Assembly (NCBI RefSeq): GCF_036321535.1
Contig: NC_087438.1
Span: 4,156,001 to 4,220,000 of the forward strand
Reading direction: 5' to 3'
DNA length: 64,000 nucleotides
Origin: Camelus dromedarius
Taxonomy: Eukaryota
Shown one piece after another: positions 1 through 12,220 of this stretch. The translations under genes were made by a program, and so were the position numbers. The stretch's first letter is position 1, and each line of letters starts with the position of its first letter. Under the pieces are notes generated by a model. The model ran no database searches. It had not been told where the DNA came from and saw nothing but the letters and a program-made list of their open reading frames with translations.

Positions 1-752
1 GGGACCTGCCACCCCTGCTCTGCAGACACAAGGAGGGAGAGCAGCAGCGTCCCTCTGGTGGGCTCTGGTTCCAGGAAAGGGCATGGTCCTGTGGACCCCG
101 CAGGAGCTGTGGGGACAGACTGTCTCTCTCAAGTTGTCCCCTCTCTGGAATGTCTACCCAGGGGTCTCCAGAGCTGCGACACCAAGAGTTCTTCCTGCTT
201 CACCCAAATTTCAGACACAGCTGCCCTGTGCGAGGACAAGGAATCAGGTGTCTGGAACACATGTGCGCAGAAGAGGGGCAGGATGGCCTGCCGCAGAAGT
301 TAGTTTATTGGGAGTTTTAGCATTTCCACAGTTTTCTGGCTGGAGCTTCTGTTATCAGAAAGTAAACTTACAGCTTAGAAATTATCTTCGTCCCATGACT
401 TTAAATAATTGTTAAATGTATCACAGCTTCCTTCCCACAAGTTCTAGGGTGCGAGCTTGGCGGAGTTCACTCCTGCGTGTCAGCCCCAGCACCTTCAGAA
501 GCCAGTGTGGTGCTTCTCTCTGGCGAGCGAGTGTCGCTACCGTCTGCTCAGCCTGCTGGAGCCCCCAGACCCTGCCCTGAGCCTGGAGAGACCCCACAGC
601 CAGCCTCGCCCGGCGGGGCGGGGCCCGTGGGCTCTGTGACCACATCGCAGGATAAGGCGTCCTGCTGAGCGCGCCAGCACTCCTGCGCGAGGCCAGGGAG
701 CCCTGGGGAGGAGGGTCCCTCCAGTCACCCAGGACCACCAAGAAACGTTTAC

Positions 753-875
753 CTGGGGGCAAGAGGCTCGCTGGCTCTGGAGGGACATTTTGTGGTTATT
801 ACTTTGACATGTAGGTCTCGATCTTTCTCTTTAAAATGCATCTTCATCATTTTTGAAATCACCAAATGACTGTGA
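753..875 (-). other. Candidate spliced exon (123 nt) of an unidentified minus-strand transcript
   Basis: Acceptor CTCTTCATTTTCTTATTCTGCTTGGAATATCCAG and donor CAG|GTAAAC. One frame is open throughout. No homology recognised. Confidence 0.3.
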
Positions 876-1414
876 CTGGATATTCCAAGCAGAATAAGAA
901 AATGAAGAGCTGGCTTTCTTTTTGCCGGCCTGCTCCCTCCTGTCCAGGGGCACCAACGCCGCAGCCTTCGCACAAGCAGATGCACCCATGTGGGGAGGGC
1001 TGGCTCCCGGCGCCAAAACACGCTCGTCTCGTGCACAGAAGTCCGTGCCTCCTTTTGTTCATGTGTTTTGGGCATCCCTTTCGGTCACTGGACAGAGAGG
1101 GGGGGAAATGTAGATCTAACGGTATCGCTATGGTTTTTAAGATTTCTTCGAGGACTCACGGGCTTAATTTACGTAAATTGGATTCTACTGTTCTCACTGA
1201 AAGTGCGGTCTTCCTCCTCCCCCTGGCTGCTGCTTTTCCCTTTCTTCCCTCTCTCCCGCTCCGCGGCCTGGATGCCCTCTCTGCCTCCCACCTGAGCAAC
1301 CGGGTTGCAGCGCTGTGCATTCTGAGTAAGTCACACAAACCCACAGAGAGTTCACATTGCTCGTCCACAGAAGTGAAAACATACACACTACTTGTTCATA
1401 GAAATAAAAACATC

Positions 1415-1952
1415 CAACCTAAAGGTCCTTCCACAGGTGGCTGGATAAAGAAGTTGTGGCATGTTTCTACAATGGGGTGCTACTCAGCCATAAAAAAGAA
1501 TAAAATAATGCCATTTGTAGCAGCATGGATGCATGGAGATCATCATTCTAAGTGAAGTGAGCCAGAAAGAGAAAGACATATACCATATGATATCACTTGT
1601 ATGTGGAATCTTAAAAAAAGACAAGCTTATTTACAAAACAGAAACAGACTCACAGACATAGGAAACAAACTTACAGTTACCAGGGGAAGCGGGTGGGAAG
1701 GGATAAACTGGGAGTTTGAAATTTGCAGGTACTAACTGCTGTATGTAAAATAGTCAGACACCAAGTTTCTACTGTACAGCACAGAGAACTGTGTTCCATA
1801 CGTGGTAGTAACCTATAATGAGAAAGAATGTGAAAACAAATACACGTGTGTGCACGGATGGCTGAACTATTAGGCTGCACACCAGAAATTGACACAGCAT
1901 TGTAAACGGACTACACTTCAACTTTTTTAAAAAATTGAAAAAAAAAAAAAAA
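1415..1952 (+). mobile_element. LINE-1 3' fragment (ORF2 C-terminus, 3'UTR and poly-A), camelid/cetartiodactyl type
   Basis: Translates QPKGPSTGGWIKKLWHVSTMGCYSAIKKNKIMPFVAAWM, the L1 ORF2 C-terminus. Has the 3'UTR motif ACAGAAACAGACTCACAGACATA and an A-tail at 1938-1952. Confidence 0.95.
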
Positions 1953-2639
1953 CCGTACTTGTTTCTCTGCAGCTCATCTTCCCACCTCCACAGCACATTG
2001 CAGAATCTTGCCAACCCATCTGACGTAGCTTCTAATGCATTCTTTACAGTAACTGTGTGCTAATCCACACAGTGACTACATCATGAGTTATTCAACCATT
2101 CAGCAATTCCCCTCTTAGATGGGCTATCAGTTTTACCAGCTCAAAATAATCTGTTTGTCCATACGTGCCTGCAAAACTCCTGTGTTCCCATCTGCGAAAT
2201 GGGCTCCCGCAAGGGGATTCTGGGGACACCGACTGCCGACTGTAACGGCCTCGCCAAAGGAGGGCGCACGTCTCGCTCCACCCGGATCACCACCTGTCGC
2301 TGTCTCTGTGCCTGCCCTAGCCCAGGGCCCCGGGTTCTGACTCAGTTTTTGCCAGCCAGATGTGTGTAAAGCGGGAGTTGCTTTTTTAAGTTGATTTGCA
2401 TTCCCCTGAGGTTGGTGAATTTGATCTTTTCGTATGTTTATGAATCGTTTAGATTTGCTCTCCTCTGGATTTGTGATTCAGATCCTCACCCGCTTGCCTT
2501 TTGAACTGTTTGATTTGGAAAGCTCTTGATGCTTGCATAACGCAGGGGATGGCGGAGCCCTGGGCTCAGGAGCCCCGGGCTCAGGAGCCCCGTGGGGGGC
2601 GTGGGTCTCAGCTCTGCCTCTTTGTGGCTGTGCTGCCTG

Positions 2640-2770
2640 CTTGTGCCTCAGTGTCCTCACCTTTAGGTTGGGGATAGAAATTCCACCCCACAGGGACATA
2701 AAAAGACAAGTTAGGGAGATAAAAATGTTTACAACCCAGGTGTTGGTTAACTCAAACCACCATTTCTATT
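2640..2770 (+). mobile_element. MIR SINE relic
   Basis: GTGCCTCAGTGTCCTCACCTTTAGGTTGGGGATA resembles the MIR core GCCTCAGTTTCCTCATCTGTAAAATGGGGATA. Confidence 0.6.
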
Positions 2771-4639
2771 TATTCGGCGTATCAGCTCTCAGATTTACAA
2801 ACTTTGAAATTTTTTATATTAAAATGTGGATTTGTTTTTAATTTTAAGGCTTCCATTTTTCCTGACTCGGGGAAGTGTCCATCTCCTTTCGGCCTATGAC
2901 ACACCTGTCCCAGAAGGGTCACAGACTTAAATCCGGAAATGTGGTTTTCTCCTGTTAAGGCCTGAGTCCCCTCCAGGTTCTGCCTGCTTGGAGCCCCACC
3001 TAGAACTGGTTTTCCTGCTTTGTCCAGAGCTGACCACAGTTTCCTGTGGCTGGGCTGGTGGAACCCTGTGCCATCCCCTCCCAGCCAGGGTCCTGGGGGA
3101 CGCCCAAGCCCTAAGAGCCCCAGACAACGTCCCATGCAACGCAGTAACTTCCCTCCTGTGATGCTGGCAGGCTTTCGGGAATGCAGGGGACGCACCTGAA
3201 GGGAATTTAATTGGTAAGTTTGATTTCTTTAATACTACCAATAGCTTCCTCTTGGTTTAAAGTTTTGCTATGAAATAAAATAAGTGGTTACTGTTATTTT
3301 TTTCAAGCTTTCTTTAAATATATAAAATTGCATTTTTATAGAGCTTTCCAGTTATTGTTGTTAGCTATTCTTTCTAGTATTGGTGTGAGATAAGCAGGAT
3401 AAGAGCCCCTGTTTTGCCATAAAATAGGTTATTTAAACACAACCGTCGGCAGTTCACCTTTTGGCAAAGTACTTTGTTAGACCCTTCCTTGGGCACCTTT
3501 CTCACTGATGCTCGAACTTTGATTTATATTGATTTCTGACTAATTATTCTACTGTGTAATTAACTGCGTTGGTAAGTTAAAGCCATACAGATGAATGGAG
3601 TTTCTTTGTATTTCATTGCTGAATCGCTGTTTTCACTGAGATTGCAAATCATTTTGGCAAATATACATTGTCGTGCTTTTTATTGCTAATGACTCAAGAA
3701 ATTAATGATTTAATTGATTAACTTTAACTAGTGACAGTAATTGATACTGGCTGCATAGTCTGCAGATGAGTTGAAAGCACGTTTCCAGCTCACTGGGTTT
3801 CATCCTCTTCTGTCCTCAAAGTGGAAAAAAATACCAGTTTCCAAAAACAAAAACCACGAACCCGTCAGTCTGTCAGGGCTGCAGTCAGTTCTTCTTAGAC
3901 TGGACGTACATACGTATCTGCAGTCCACCTCTAGTCGGTATTTAATTCCTCATGACTCCAGGAGACAGAGTGAAGACACTTCATAAAATGGCATTTGCTG
4001 TCAAGGCTGGAGCCTGGCCTCACGGCCCTCGAGCGGAGGCTGGGAAAGTGCCTGCCGGCCCGTAGCTGGAACACAGCCAGCGTTTTGCGCCGTCTTGTCT
4101 TGCCGGCTCTCGGCGCTGGTGCCGTTTTGGGCGGTGCTCTCTGGGGCACCACAGACCCCACACGTCTGCTCTTGGGCCAGCTACATCCCAAACCACTCGG
4201 TCCGCCGCGCGAGGCCCTCTGCCACTTTCCCCCCATCCATCTTCCAATTCAGTCTGTCTCACTAGGGCATTTGTACCTGGGATTCCAGAACCGCTGGTTA
4301 ACTAGCCATCCCACCTCCCACCCACCAGGGGCCGAGGCTCAGCTCCGGGGCCATCACTTCACTCTGAGTCGACCCCTCACCTCTGTCCGTGTCTGGTCTC
4401 AGTCTGCCTCCCCCAGGCCTTGCTCTCGCTCTTCCACGAGCTCCCCGTCCCCACCTTTTCCAGGGGCAGGCGATGTGCAAAGCAGCCCCCATGACCCTGG
4501 GCCCATCTCAGGAGCTCGCCCTCCTTCAGCGTTTCCTAGGAGATTCCTCCCCCCACCCCCGGCTTCCAGGCCCCCCAGCGCGTCCCCGGTGGACAGCATG
4601 TTGCTCACGCACGCGCCACAGGATGGGCCGCAGCTAACG

Positions 4640-5023
4640 TCCCAGAGATCTCACTCCTGCGATGTCAGAAGCTGGCAGCCCTCCGCAGAGTCTGGCTTTG
4701 GGGACTGCTTTCGGCCGAAGACAGCTGCCTCACCCAAGGTCATGGCCCACTCCCAGGGGTGGCCCATGAATGATGGCTGGTCAGTGAAGCAGTAGCAAGT
4801 CTGAGCCCCTCCTCCAAATAGCGGACCACACAAAGGACCTCCTCAGCCCCCAGGATCTGCTGAGGCCTTTGCTATGAGTGGGTAACAGCTCGGCACCCAT
4901 TCTGCCCAGTCCTGCGGCTTCCGTCCCCTCAGGCTTGGGGCCCACAAGCACCTCCTAGTTAGCTCCCTGCACACAGAAGCTCTCCATCTCACAGCCGATT
5001 TCTAAGAAACCTGACTCAGGACA
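4640..5023 (+). mobile_element. LTR16-family (ERVL) solo LTR, degraded
   Basis: GCTGCCTCACCCAAGGTCA, GCTGAGGCCTTTG, TCTGCCCAGTCCTGC and a 3' end TCTCCATCTCACAG...CTGACTCAGGACA, in the order of the remembered LTR16 consensus. Confidence 0.75.
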
Positions 5024-5904
5024 CAGAACTCCGGGCAGCCCTGGAGGTCAGGGAACATCTCAAGGTCAATTCTTCATCCTACAGTGCAATGTTTGGAAGC
5101 AATACTAGAAGATTCTGATGATGTCTGTCAAATTGATTTGGTCCGCTGTGTCGTGAGCAAAGACGAACTACTTTATGGAGGAATTTCAGTCTGTGCTCCT
5201 TCTTCCCACAGAGAAACCAAGAGGAATCAGACAAATGGCACAAAAACAAAAGGTCAAGTGATCCAAAACAATGTTTCCACTTCTCACGTGGGTCCCGCTC
5301 CTCACGTGGGTCCCATCCCTCAGGAGCGCTTACAGCTATTACTAATGTCACCAGAAAGCAAGGCAGCTTCTTCAAAATACGCAGGCAAAGCCAGAAACTC
5401 TCATTCAGAGGTAAAGCTCACGCACTGACTACCATACGTTGATCTCCTTTTCCAGTTTTGCAGGCGTTCACTCTTATTTCGTCTGCAGAGGAGGCGCTGG
5501 CCGGGATGGCAGTAGCATCCAAGGCTAACTGTGCTCCATAGAACAGTGCTGGAAAACGCCTTCTGGTCCCTGACTCCTATTGTGAAATACGACGTATGCA
5601 GGATTCAAAAGTAGTTGTGGAATTCACCCACATGGGCGTGCACCCGGGGGTGCAATGGGTCACGCTAAAGACAGTTTGTCCTCACACAACGAAACCTTGG
5701 AGACTCACGATTCATCAAACACCAAGAAGCGATTAGACAAAAATACCCATCACTCCACAACCTCAGCTACTCCAGGTGCCACGGTCTCCTTCTCCATCAA
5801 ATGCACAGGTGGACACATTCAACCAGAATCCCTTCCTCCAGCAGGACTCAGTGTGTTCTGTTGTAATTATTTACCAGCTGCCATGTTGAGCCCTTTCCAA
5901 GGCC

Positions 5905-6070
5905 AGGAACGGTGCTGAGTGTTTTACATGCATCTACCTGGGCTCATATAATTCTCACAAAAGCTCTGTAAGATAAGTATAATTATTGCCATTTCACAGA
6001 TGTGAAAATCGGGGCTTAGAGAGACCCAGTAATTGACTCCAGTCCCCACTGCCCGGAGGTGGAGCAGGGG
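5905..6070 (-). mobile_element. MIR SINE relic
   Basis: ATTATTGCCATTTCACAGATGTGAAAATCGGGGCTTAGAGAG is the reverse MIR core. Confidence 0.75.
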
Positions 6071-6337
6071 TGACGCCTGTTTGCACCTGTGCGCTCAGCT
6101 GCACTGCCTCCCTGCTTACTAGGCCCCTCCCCCTCCAAAGCCCAACACCCAGCAAGGCGGTTCACTCCTCGTGGCAGGAAAAGTATCGTGTTGGTCATTT
6201 CCATAACATCTCCTCCACATCAGGCACCCAATGCGCTGAAGGAAAGGAGAGGGAATAAAGGATGTAAGGAAGGAGTGAAGGGAAGAAAGACAGCGAGGTG
6301 TCTGTATATTTTTAAGCAAAAACCCCAGTTTGAGTAG

Positions 6338-6650
6338 GTATTATCAGTCACCTACACCCATAATAATACTGTACAACTAGCACAAAAATCTGAACTCACA
6401 TGACAATAAGAATTTACCTGGCTTCACATCTTACACACCTGTGTGTCAGTGGATCCCAGCTGGGCTGGGCACAGGTCTCTGCTCCATGCCTCTCTCATCC
6501 TCCTCCTGGGACCAGGGCGGAGACCCAACATGTTCATCTCCTGACAGAAGTGCCAGGGAGCAAACCCCAAAACAAAGGCACCTTCCTAGCCTTTGGCCAT
6601 ATTGCGTCCACCAGTGCTCCGCTGGACAAGAGAAAAGTCAGGGGGTATGC
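6338..6650 (-). mobile_element. Old MLT1 (MaLR) LTR relic
   Basis: CTGGGCTGGGC...CTGCTCCATGCCTCTCTCATCCTCCTCCTGGGACCAG...CATGTTCATCTC pattern typical of old MLT1 LTRs on the reverse strand. Confidence 0.55.
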
Positions 6651-7426
6651 AGGGCAGGGCAGGGTGCAAGCAGTTCCAAATGACACTCTCATCTCCCAGG
6701 AGATGGACTTCATCGGAACACGATGCCAGTTGCTCCTGGCGCCTCTCCCACACATGCATTGCCCATCCTGCAGAGCATCCCCAGAACCCTACTCTGCCCG
6801 TGACACTCAGCATCTTTGGTCACAGTGGAGTCAGTGTGAGCCATTTTACACACAGCAATATGAGAAATATGCACCAGTTGCAAATGCAAAATAAATATTT
6901 CAATCTGAAGCGTAAAATCCTTTTTCACTATTCATTGCTTTGGATTATCCATGCTTCTGCTCCCCTTTATTTACATGATTAGTCAAGATCTGTTCCAGTT
7001 TTGAGTTGTCCCTTTGTCACATTTAAGTCCGGTTCTCATACAAACATTTTGGCTGTGGTCATCTTTGCCCGATGGAAATGCATAAATATTGAGGGGACTT
7101 ATTTAGAGCGTTGTTTTTCGAGCATCAAAGCCTCCCTATTTTGGCAAGTCTAAAATGTCAATGACAGATACATGGTAAACACAGTAAAAACATCACCAGG
7201 CACAGTAATAGACAACGATACTTGTGCAGACTTGTTAGCATGGTGACATTTACAAATGTCTCAGTGTTGTAAGTTGACATAACAAGAACGTTTACGACGC
7301 ACCATAAAGAGGAGAGGATAAAATGTACCCCAGCTTAGAGCCAGAACCACAGAGAGCAGTGTTCCGGCTTCCTGCAACTTTCTCGTTGAAACATTGTGTC
7401 ACTCGGTAACACCAACCAGCACCAGT

Positions 7427-7755
7427 AAATGAGGACACTAATGAACACATCTCTAAAGCAGAAACAGACTCACAGACATAGTCAACAATCTTGGGGTTAC
7501 CAGGGGAAAAGGGGTGGGAAGGGATGAACTTGCGAGTTTGAGATTTGCAAATGTTAATCAGTATCTATAAAAAGAGATAAACAACAAATTTCCTCTGTAC
7601 AGCACAGGGAACTATATTCAATATCTTGTAATAACCTTTGGTAAAAAAAAAAGAAAATGAATATATGTATGTATATGCATGACTGTGCTGTACACCAGAA
7701 ACTGACATATTGTAACTGATTTTAATTCAATTAAAAAAATTTTTTAAATAAAAAA
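7427..7755 (+). mobile_element. LINE-1 3'UTR fragment, same family as 1415-1952
   Basis: Aligns by eye with 1620-1935 (GAAACAGACTCACAGACATAG, GTTACCAGGGGAA, TGTACAGCACAG, ACACCAGAAA) and has an A-rich end. Confidence 0.95.
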
Positions 7756-10001
7756 TGATGAAACTTCTCCAGAGGACAAAGAAGGGGAAAAGTAACAGAA
7801 ATTAGTAAAGTTACGTTCTAGTCTTGGCTCTGCCACCTGGGAGTTCCATAAACTAAGAAAAATCACATCCCTTTTCTAGGTCTTGGTTTACTCATCAATA
7901 AAATAACTTTACACGTAATTTTTCTATTAAAAAAAAGAGAGAGAGAGGGAGCCCACACCTCATAAAACAAGGAGGCCGTGAGCAAGAGCCCGATGGAGAG
8001 AAGGTATGTCTGTAACAGGCACCAGCTCCCGAGTCAGCGCAGCGGGAAGCAAAGCGCTGGCTGTGCTGCACAGAGTGCGCCCACTGCAGGGACCCGCGGA
8101 GGAGAGGCCCCCGGGGTCGACAGGGCGCGCCCACTGCAGGGAGAGCCTGGAGCCCAGAGATCCAGGCCAACAGCAGCTCTGTGTGGCCCGGGTCACCTGG
8201 GAGTCACACCCACTTCCCCAGTCCAGCCCAGACTCCCTGGAAAGGATAGACCCCCTGGGGTTAGAACTTGGGATTGTGAAGGTTTGGAGAGCCACAGAGA
8301 GCTGCTTGGGCTCCTCTGAAGCGGAGAGAAGTAAAGCGGGAGGTTGCTGCAACACCGTGGTTGCCATTAGCAACGTCCAACGTCATCCTTTTACCTTCCT
8401 CTGCCTAAAAGGTATCAGTTGTGTGTTTGCTTGGCGTATTGCTTTATGTGTCACGCCTCACTACCTAACGTTACACAACAGGAAAGTTGTTCCTCCCCTC
8501 CCCACCCCCACTCCACCTCCTTCACCTTCTCAGGACCCCTACTTAATTTTTCTCTGTTTTATAATAATGACTGTGCTTTTCTGGAGCATGATTAATCACG
8601 GGGCCTCTAAGTCCATGGGTAGAAAGATGCAAAGATCCAGGAGGAGAGCGTGGCCAGATATTCAACCAAAACACCAACTGAGAAGGGAAAGGAAAAGCCT
8701 CCCCACCTCCCACGAGGGAGAGGAGGTCAGCTGTGGACACAGGAAGTGCCAGCCCCGGCAGACACAGCTTCAACAGAGAGACACACGATGCTAATGAAGT
8801 AAATGTGGACAAAACCATGGATTGTTCCGACCGCCTGGAAGGTAAGAGAAGAGGACGGACAAGCAAAGGGGCAGAAAGCAGCAGCTCTGATGACTGTGCA
8901 CTCACATTTTCTACAACATAAAGGGCTAAGTAGAAATAATTACTCCCCGAGGTGCCCCTGTGCAGAGGTTTGAGCCTAAGCAGTAAACAAGATGGCTGTG
9001 GAATCCCTGGGAGAAAATTGCAGGCATACTGCTTTACAAATATGAGATGATACGTGTGTGTGTAGCTCTAAGATAAAGAGAAACTCGGGTGTGGGAGGAG
9101 AAAACGTTAGACTCAACGTGATCCTGAAACATTCTGTTTTCAGGTGTAAATGCTGGGTGATGTAATCTGATGCGTGTGAGTGTCACAGCCGCGTGGTGCT
9201 GGGACCCCTCCCCAGAGATGGCACAGCCTCCACGCTGAAGGCACACGGGGCTCTGCAGCATCCCGTCATTCGCAGCTGCGGCCCCCAACCTCTTCTGAAC
9301 AACGTCTACAAGGGCAATTTTTCACCCAGAAATGAAAGAGAGAAACCGAAATTTCACGACTGGACAGATATAAAGGAGAGGAGATTTGATGTGGATAAAT
9401 TTGTGCAACAGTAGCCAAAGGAAAATACTCAGCCTTGATTTGGAAAAAGGCACCACATTTGGAAGGAAAAAACACTGAAAATCTCCCCCGGCAGGTAGGG
9501 AGGGTAATGAATCGCGTGGGAGCACAGCCCAGCTTCTCTGCCAGGGATGATGAATGCCCTCCCGCGGCGGGGGAGGGAGGCGTCTGGAACTATTGTGCAG
9601 TGATGGCCCCTTATCGAGTCTTGGTAAATCCACTTAGAAATGGTTCGTTCTCTCCCAAAACTCCTGCTATCAAAGGGAGCTGCTAACATTAAGGGAAAGG
9701 TCCGTGTCGCGGGAGGCTGTGTGTTCCCTGGATCCCCCCGCAGCAGAAGTCCCCGGAAGAAGGCCTGCGCTCCGAAGACCTGGAGAAGGAGAAGAGCAAC
9801 ACTGTTCTTTTGGAATAAAGATACGGTAACGTGGCCGTGGCCCGGCTCTGCCGTCATCCTGGGGCCAAGCTTCAGCCGCACCCGCACGACAGTCTGGCGG
9901 ATGGTTGGTGGTCCCTGTGCAGTGGGGTTAGCCGCTCCCAGGATCCCAGAAAACCAGCCTTAGCCTCTGAGTTCATTTTCTACTCAAAGAACTGTCTGGG
10001 C

Positions 10002-10178
10002 CAGTTGTTCCCAAACCTGCCTGCACATCGGAACCACCTGGAGGGCTTCAAAGAATTCTGATGTTTGAGTCCCAAGCCCAAGGACTGGGACTTCATTGGT
10101 GTGGAGAATGTCGGGGCTTTGGACTTCTCAGGATAGTCCCAGGAGTTTCCAAGGTGTAGAAGAGTTTGGGAACCACCA
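10002..10178. mobile_element. MER5-type hAT-Charlie non-autonomous DNA transposon
   Basis: Terminal inverted repeats CAGTTGTTCCCAAAC / GTTTGGGAACCACCA, length about 177 bp. The right flank TTCTAGAC fits the MER5 target preference and the left flank GTCTGGGC looks like a decayed 8-bp TSD. Confidence 0.85.
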
Positions 10179-10364
10179 TTCTAGACATATCTTTTCTTTT
10201 TAAAAAAATGAACTGTGTGTGGGCAGTGGGAATACTCCTGTGGCCGGGGCAGCAGGGGAGCAGCAGCAGCTCCAGGAGGAGGAACGTGCCCCCCACGTAG
10301 CAGGTGCTCCTCCAAGACTGTTGCGGAAGGAGCTCCTTGGGACCTGTTTCGCAGACTTATCACA

Positions 10365-10500
10365 GGCTTATTATTAATAATCCCCAGTTAACAGATGAGA
10401 GGATCAGGCAGAGGGCAGTTTGGCCACTCGCTGATGATCACAGAGCCAGGGGTGGGGGGCAGGGTGCAAATCCAACCTGGATGCTGACCCACAGATGATC
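10365..10500 (-). mobile_element. MIR SINE relic
   Basis: ATAATCCCCAGTTAACAGATGAGAGGATCAGGCAGAG matches the reverse MIR core. Confidence 0.6.
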
Positions 10501-12049
10501 CTGCTCCGTCAATGGGACAAGCGGGAGCTTGGTGGTACCCCTGCTTTTCAGAAGGCAGCTCCGGGTTCACCTCTCCTTGGCTGCACTCTGCCTGTGGCCA
10601 CCTCTGTCCCATCCAGTGTGGTCCATACCCCGCCCCGGCTTCTCTCCATCAGGGCCCCCAGCCCTGCTCCTCCTCTCCACCCTGAGGGCGGTGTGGCCAG
10701 CCCTGCTGTCAGGTGAGCACAGGGGATATGGCTTTGTGCAGCCCTGCAGAGACCAGGCGGTCCCCATCAGTCACCCCCGTTATTGGCTTCTCCTGCTGAG
10801 GAGTGCCAGGCCCCTAATGTCTCAGCTCCCTGACCCCTGGCCCATGTCTCCTGTTCCCACTGGTTGAAACTACTTCTGCCTCCATCTCTGGGCCAAACAC
10901 GGGCTGAGTGACCTGCCGTCCAGCCCGTGCCCAGCGGCATGTGGGCAGGGAGGTGGTGCTCACCCTGCATCGCAGGGCCAGCCCCACAGCACCGGAGCCG
11001 AGAAAGCGCATTTTCTGCGCACTGGGCTTGCTGTCCTTCTCTGTAACAGAGCACCTGCCCTGCCAGGAGCCTCTTTGCTTGTCAGGCCTCCTTTGTCTAA
11101 CCAGAGAAAAGGAGCTTTTAGTGTTTAATTAATATTCAGGACAGGATTGTGCCATTTTTCGGTGTGCACAGCCCATTAGGAAACTGAAATCCAGCCTTCC
11201 ACTTGGTATCCTGTACTCTCAGCTAGAGGGAATTCACTTTCCTTGAAGTCCCACTTGTTAGGAGACCGGATTCAGGGTGCGGAGCCACCGAGCTCCCCTC
11301 AGTACCAGGGACAGACAGAGAACAGCTCAGAAAGTCTGGGGGAGCTGGTGGATGGAACCTTGATGCAGAAGACAAGAGGGCGGCCAGCCTGCTTCAGATG
11401 CTGTCCTAGAAGAAGCTCATCCTGCCCCTGGGACTGGATTCAGAACCAGAAAAGACTCTTGAAGGAGGGTATTAAATGACGAACAGAACGAAGTGCCCGT
11501 GCTGGCATTTCACCAGGTGCCTCCACCGGAGGGCCGTTCCTCTGGTTGTCCAAGGCTGACGGGCGGTGTGGATCTCCGACTGCTGCGGACCTGCTGCTGT
11601 GAGGAGAGGGGGCGCGAACTCACTCTGGAGGCTCAGAAGCTCATCCTGCACGAGCCGTAAAATCTGCCTGATAACAAACCCTGGAGAAAGTGCTGGGCTT
11701 TTTCTTTCTGAAAAATTATACATCTCTGCTTCAGTGAACGGAATTGTGCTTGGGGCCAATGCCACAAAGTGAGGACTGTGTGGGGTCCAAATCCCACTCC
11801 CCCCAGCGGCTTCACACCTGTTCCTGCCCCTCCAAGAGGACGGGGGAGAAATGATGAAACCCTGGGTCTCAGGTCTGCTGCCTTCCTGGTGACCCCCCTT
11901 CACCTTGGAGAGCTCACCCCTAAAAAAATAAAAATAAAGAAAAGTCGCAGCGAATTGCTAAGTGCTCCATAGAAATCACGTGGAAAATCCATTGGAGCCA
12001 GGAACTGTCATGCGTCCTTCTTTACCAATTAGTCTATAAGTACAATTTT

Positions 12050-12220
12050 AGGGTTCCTGACTCTTGTTGAGGAAAGACTTACATTTTCAGAGCTTCAGTT
12101 TCCCCTCTCTGACATGGATGACTAATTCTTCCCCACTTATTTCAGATACCTGTGGATAACAAATGAAGTGATAGATACAGAAGTTCTTTAAAATTTGAAA
12201 AGTGCACAACATATGAAGAA
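12050..12220 (+). mobile_element. MIR/MIR3 SINE relic
   Basis: GAGCTTCAGTTTCCCCTCTCTGACATGGATG...AACAAATGAAGTGATAGATACAGAAG. Confidence 0.6.

Noticed and set aside
866..1555. 229-aa plus-strand ORF
   Set aside because: Its C-terminus is the L1 ORF2 tail and the rest resembles no protein I know. It is a chance read-through into the repeat.
3995..4795. 266-aa ORF
   Set aside because: TTG start, Pro/Ser/Arg-rich GC-driven composition, ends inside LTR16, and has no domain.
5084..5428. 114-aa ORF bounded by a plausible acceptor (5084) and donor (5410)
   Set aside because: No recognisable homology, a weak donor and no partner exons. It is not excluded, but it is unsupported.
8006..8794. 262-aa ORF
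   Set aside because: No recognisable domain, mosaic composition, and overlapping ORFs in other frames as expected in GC-rich DNA.
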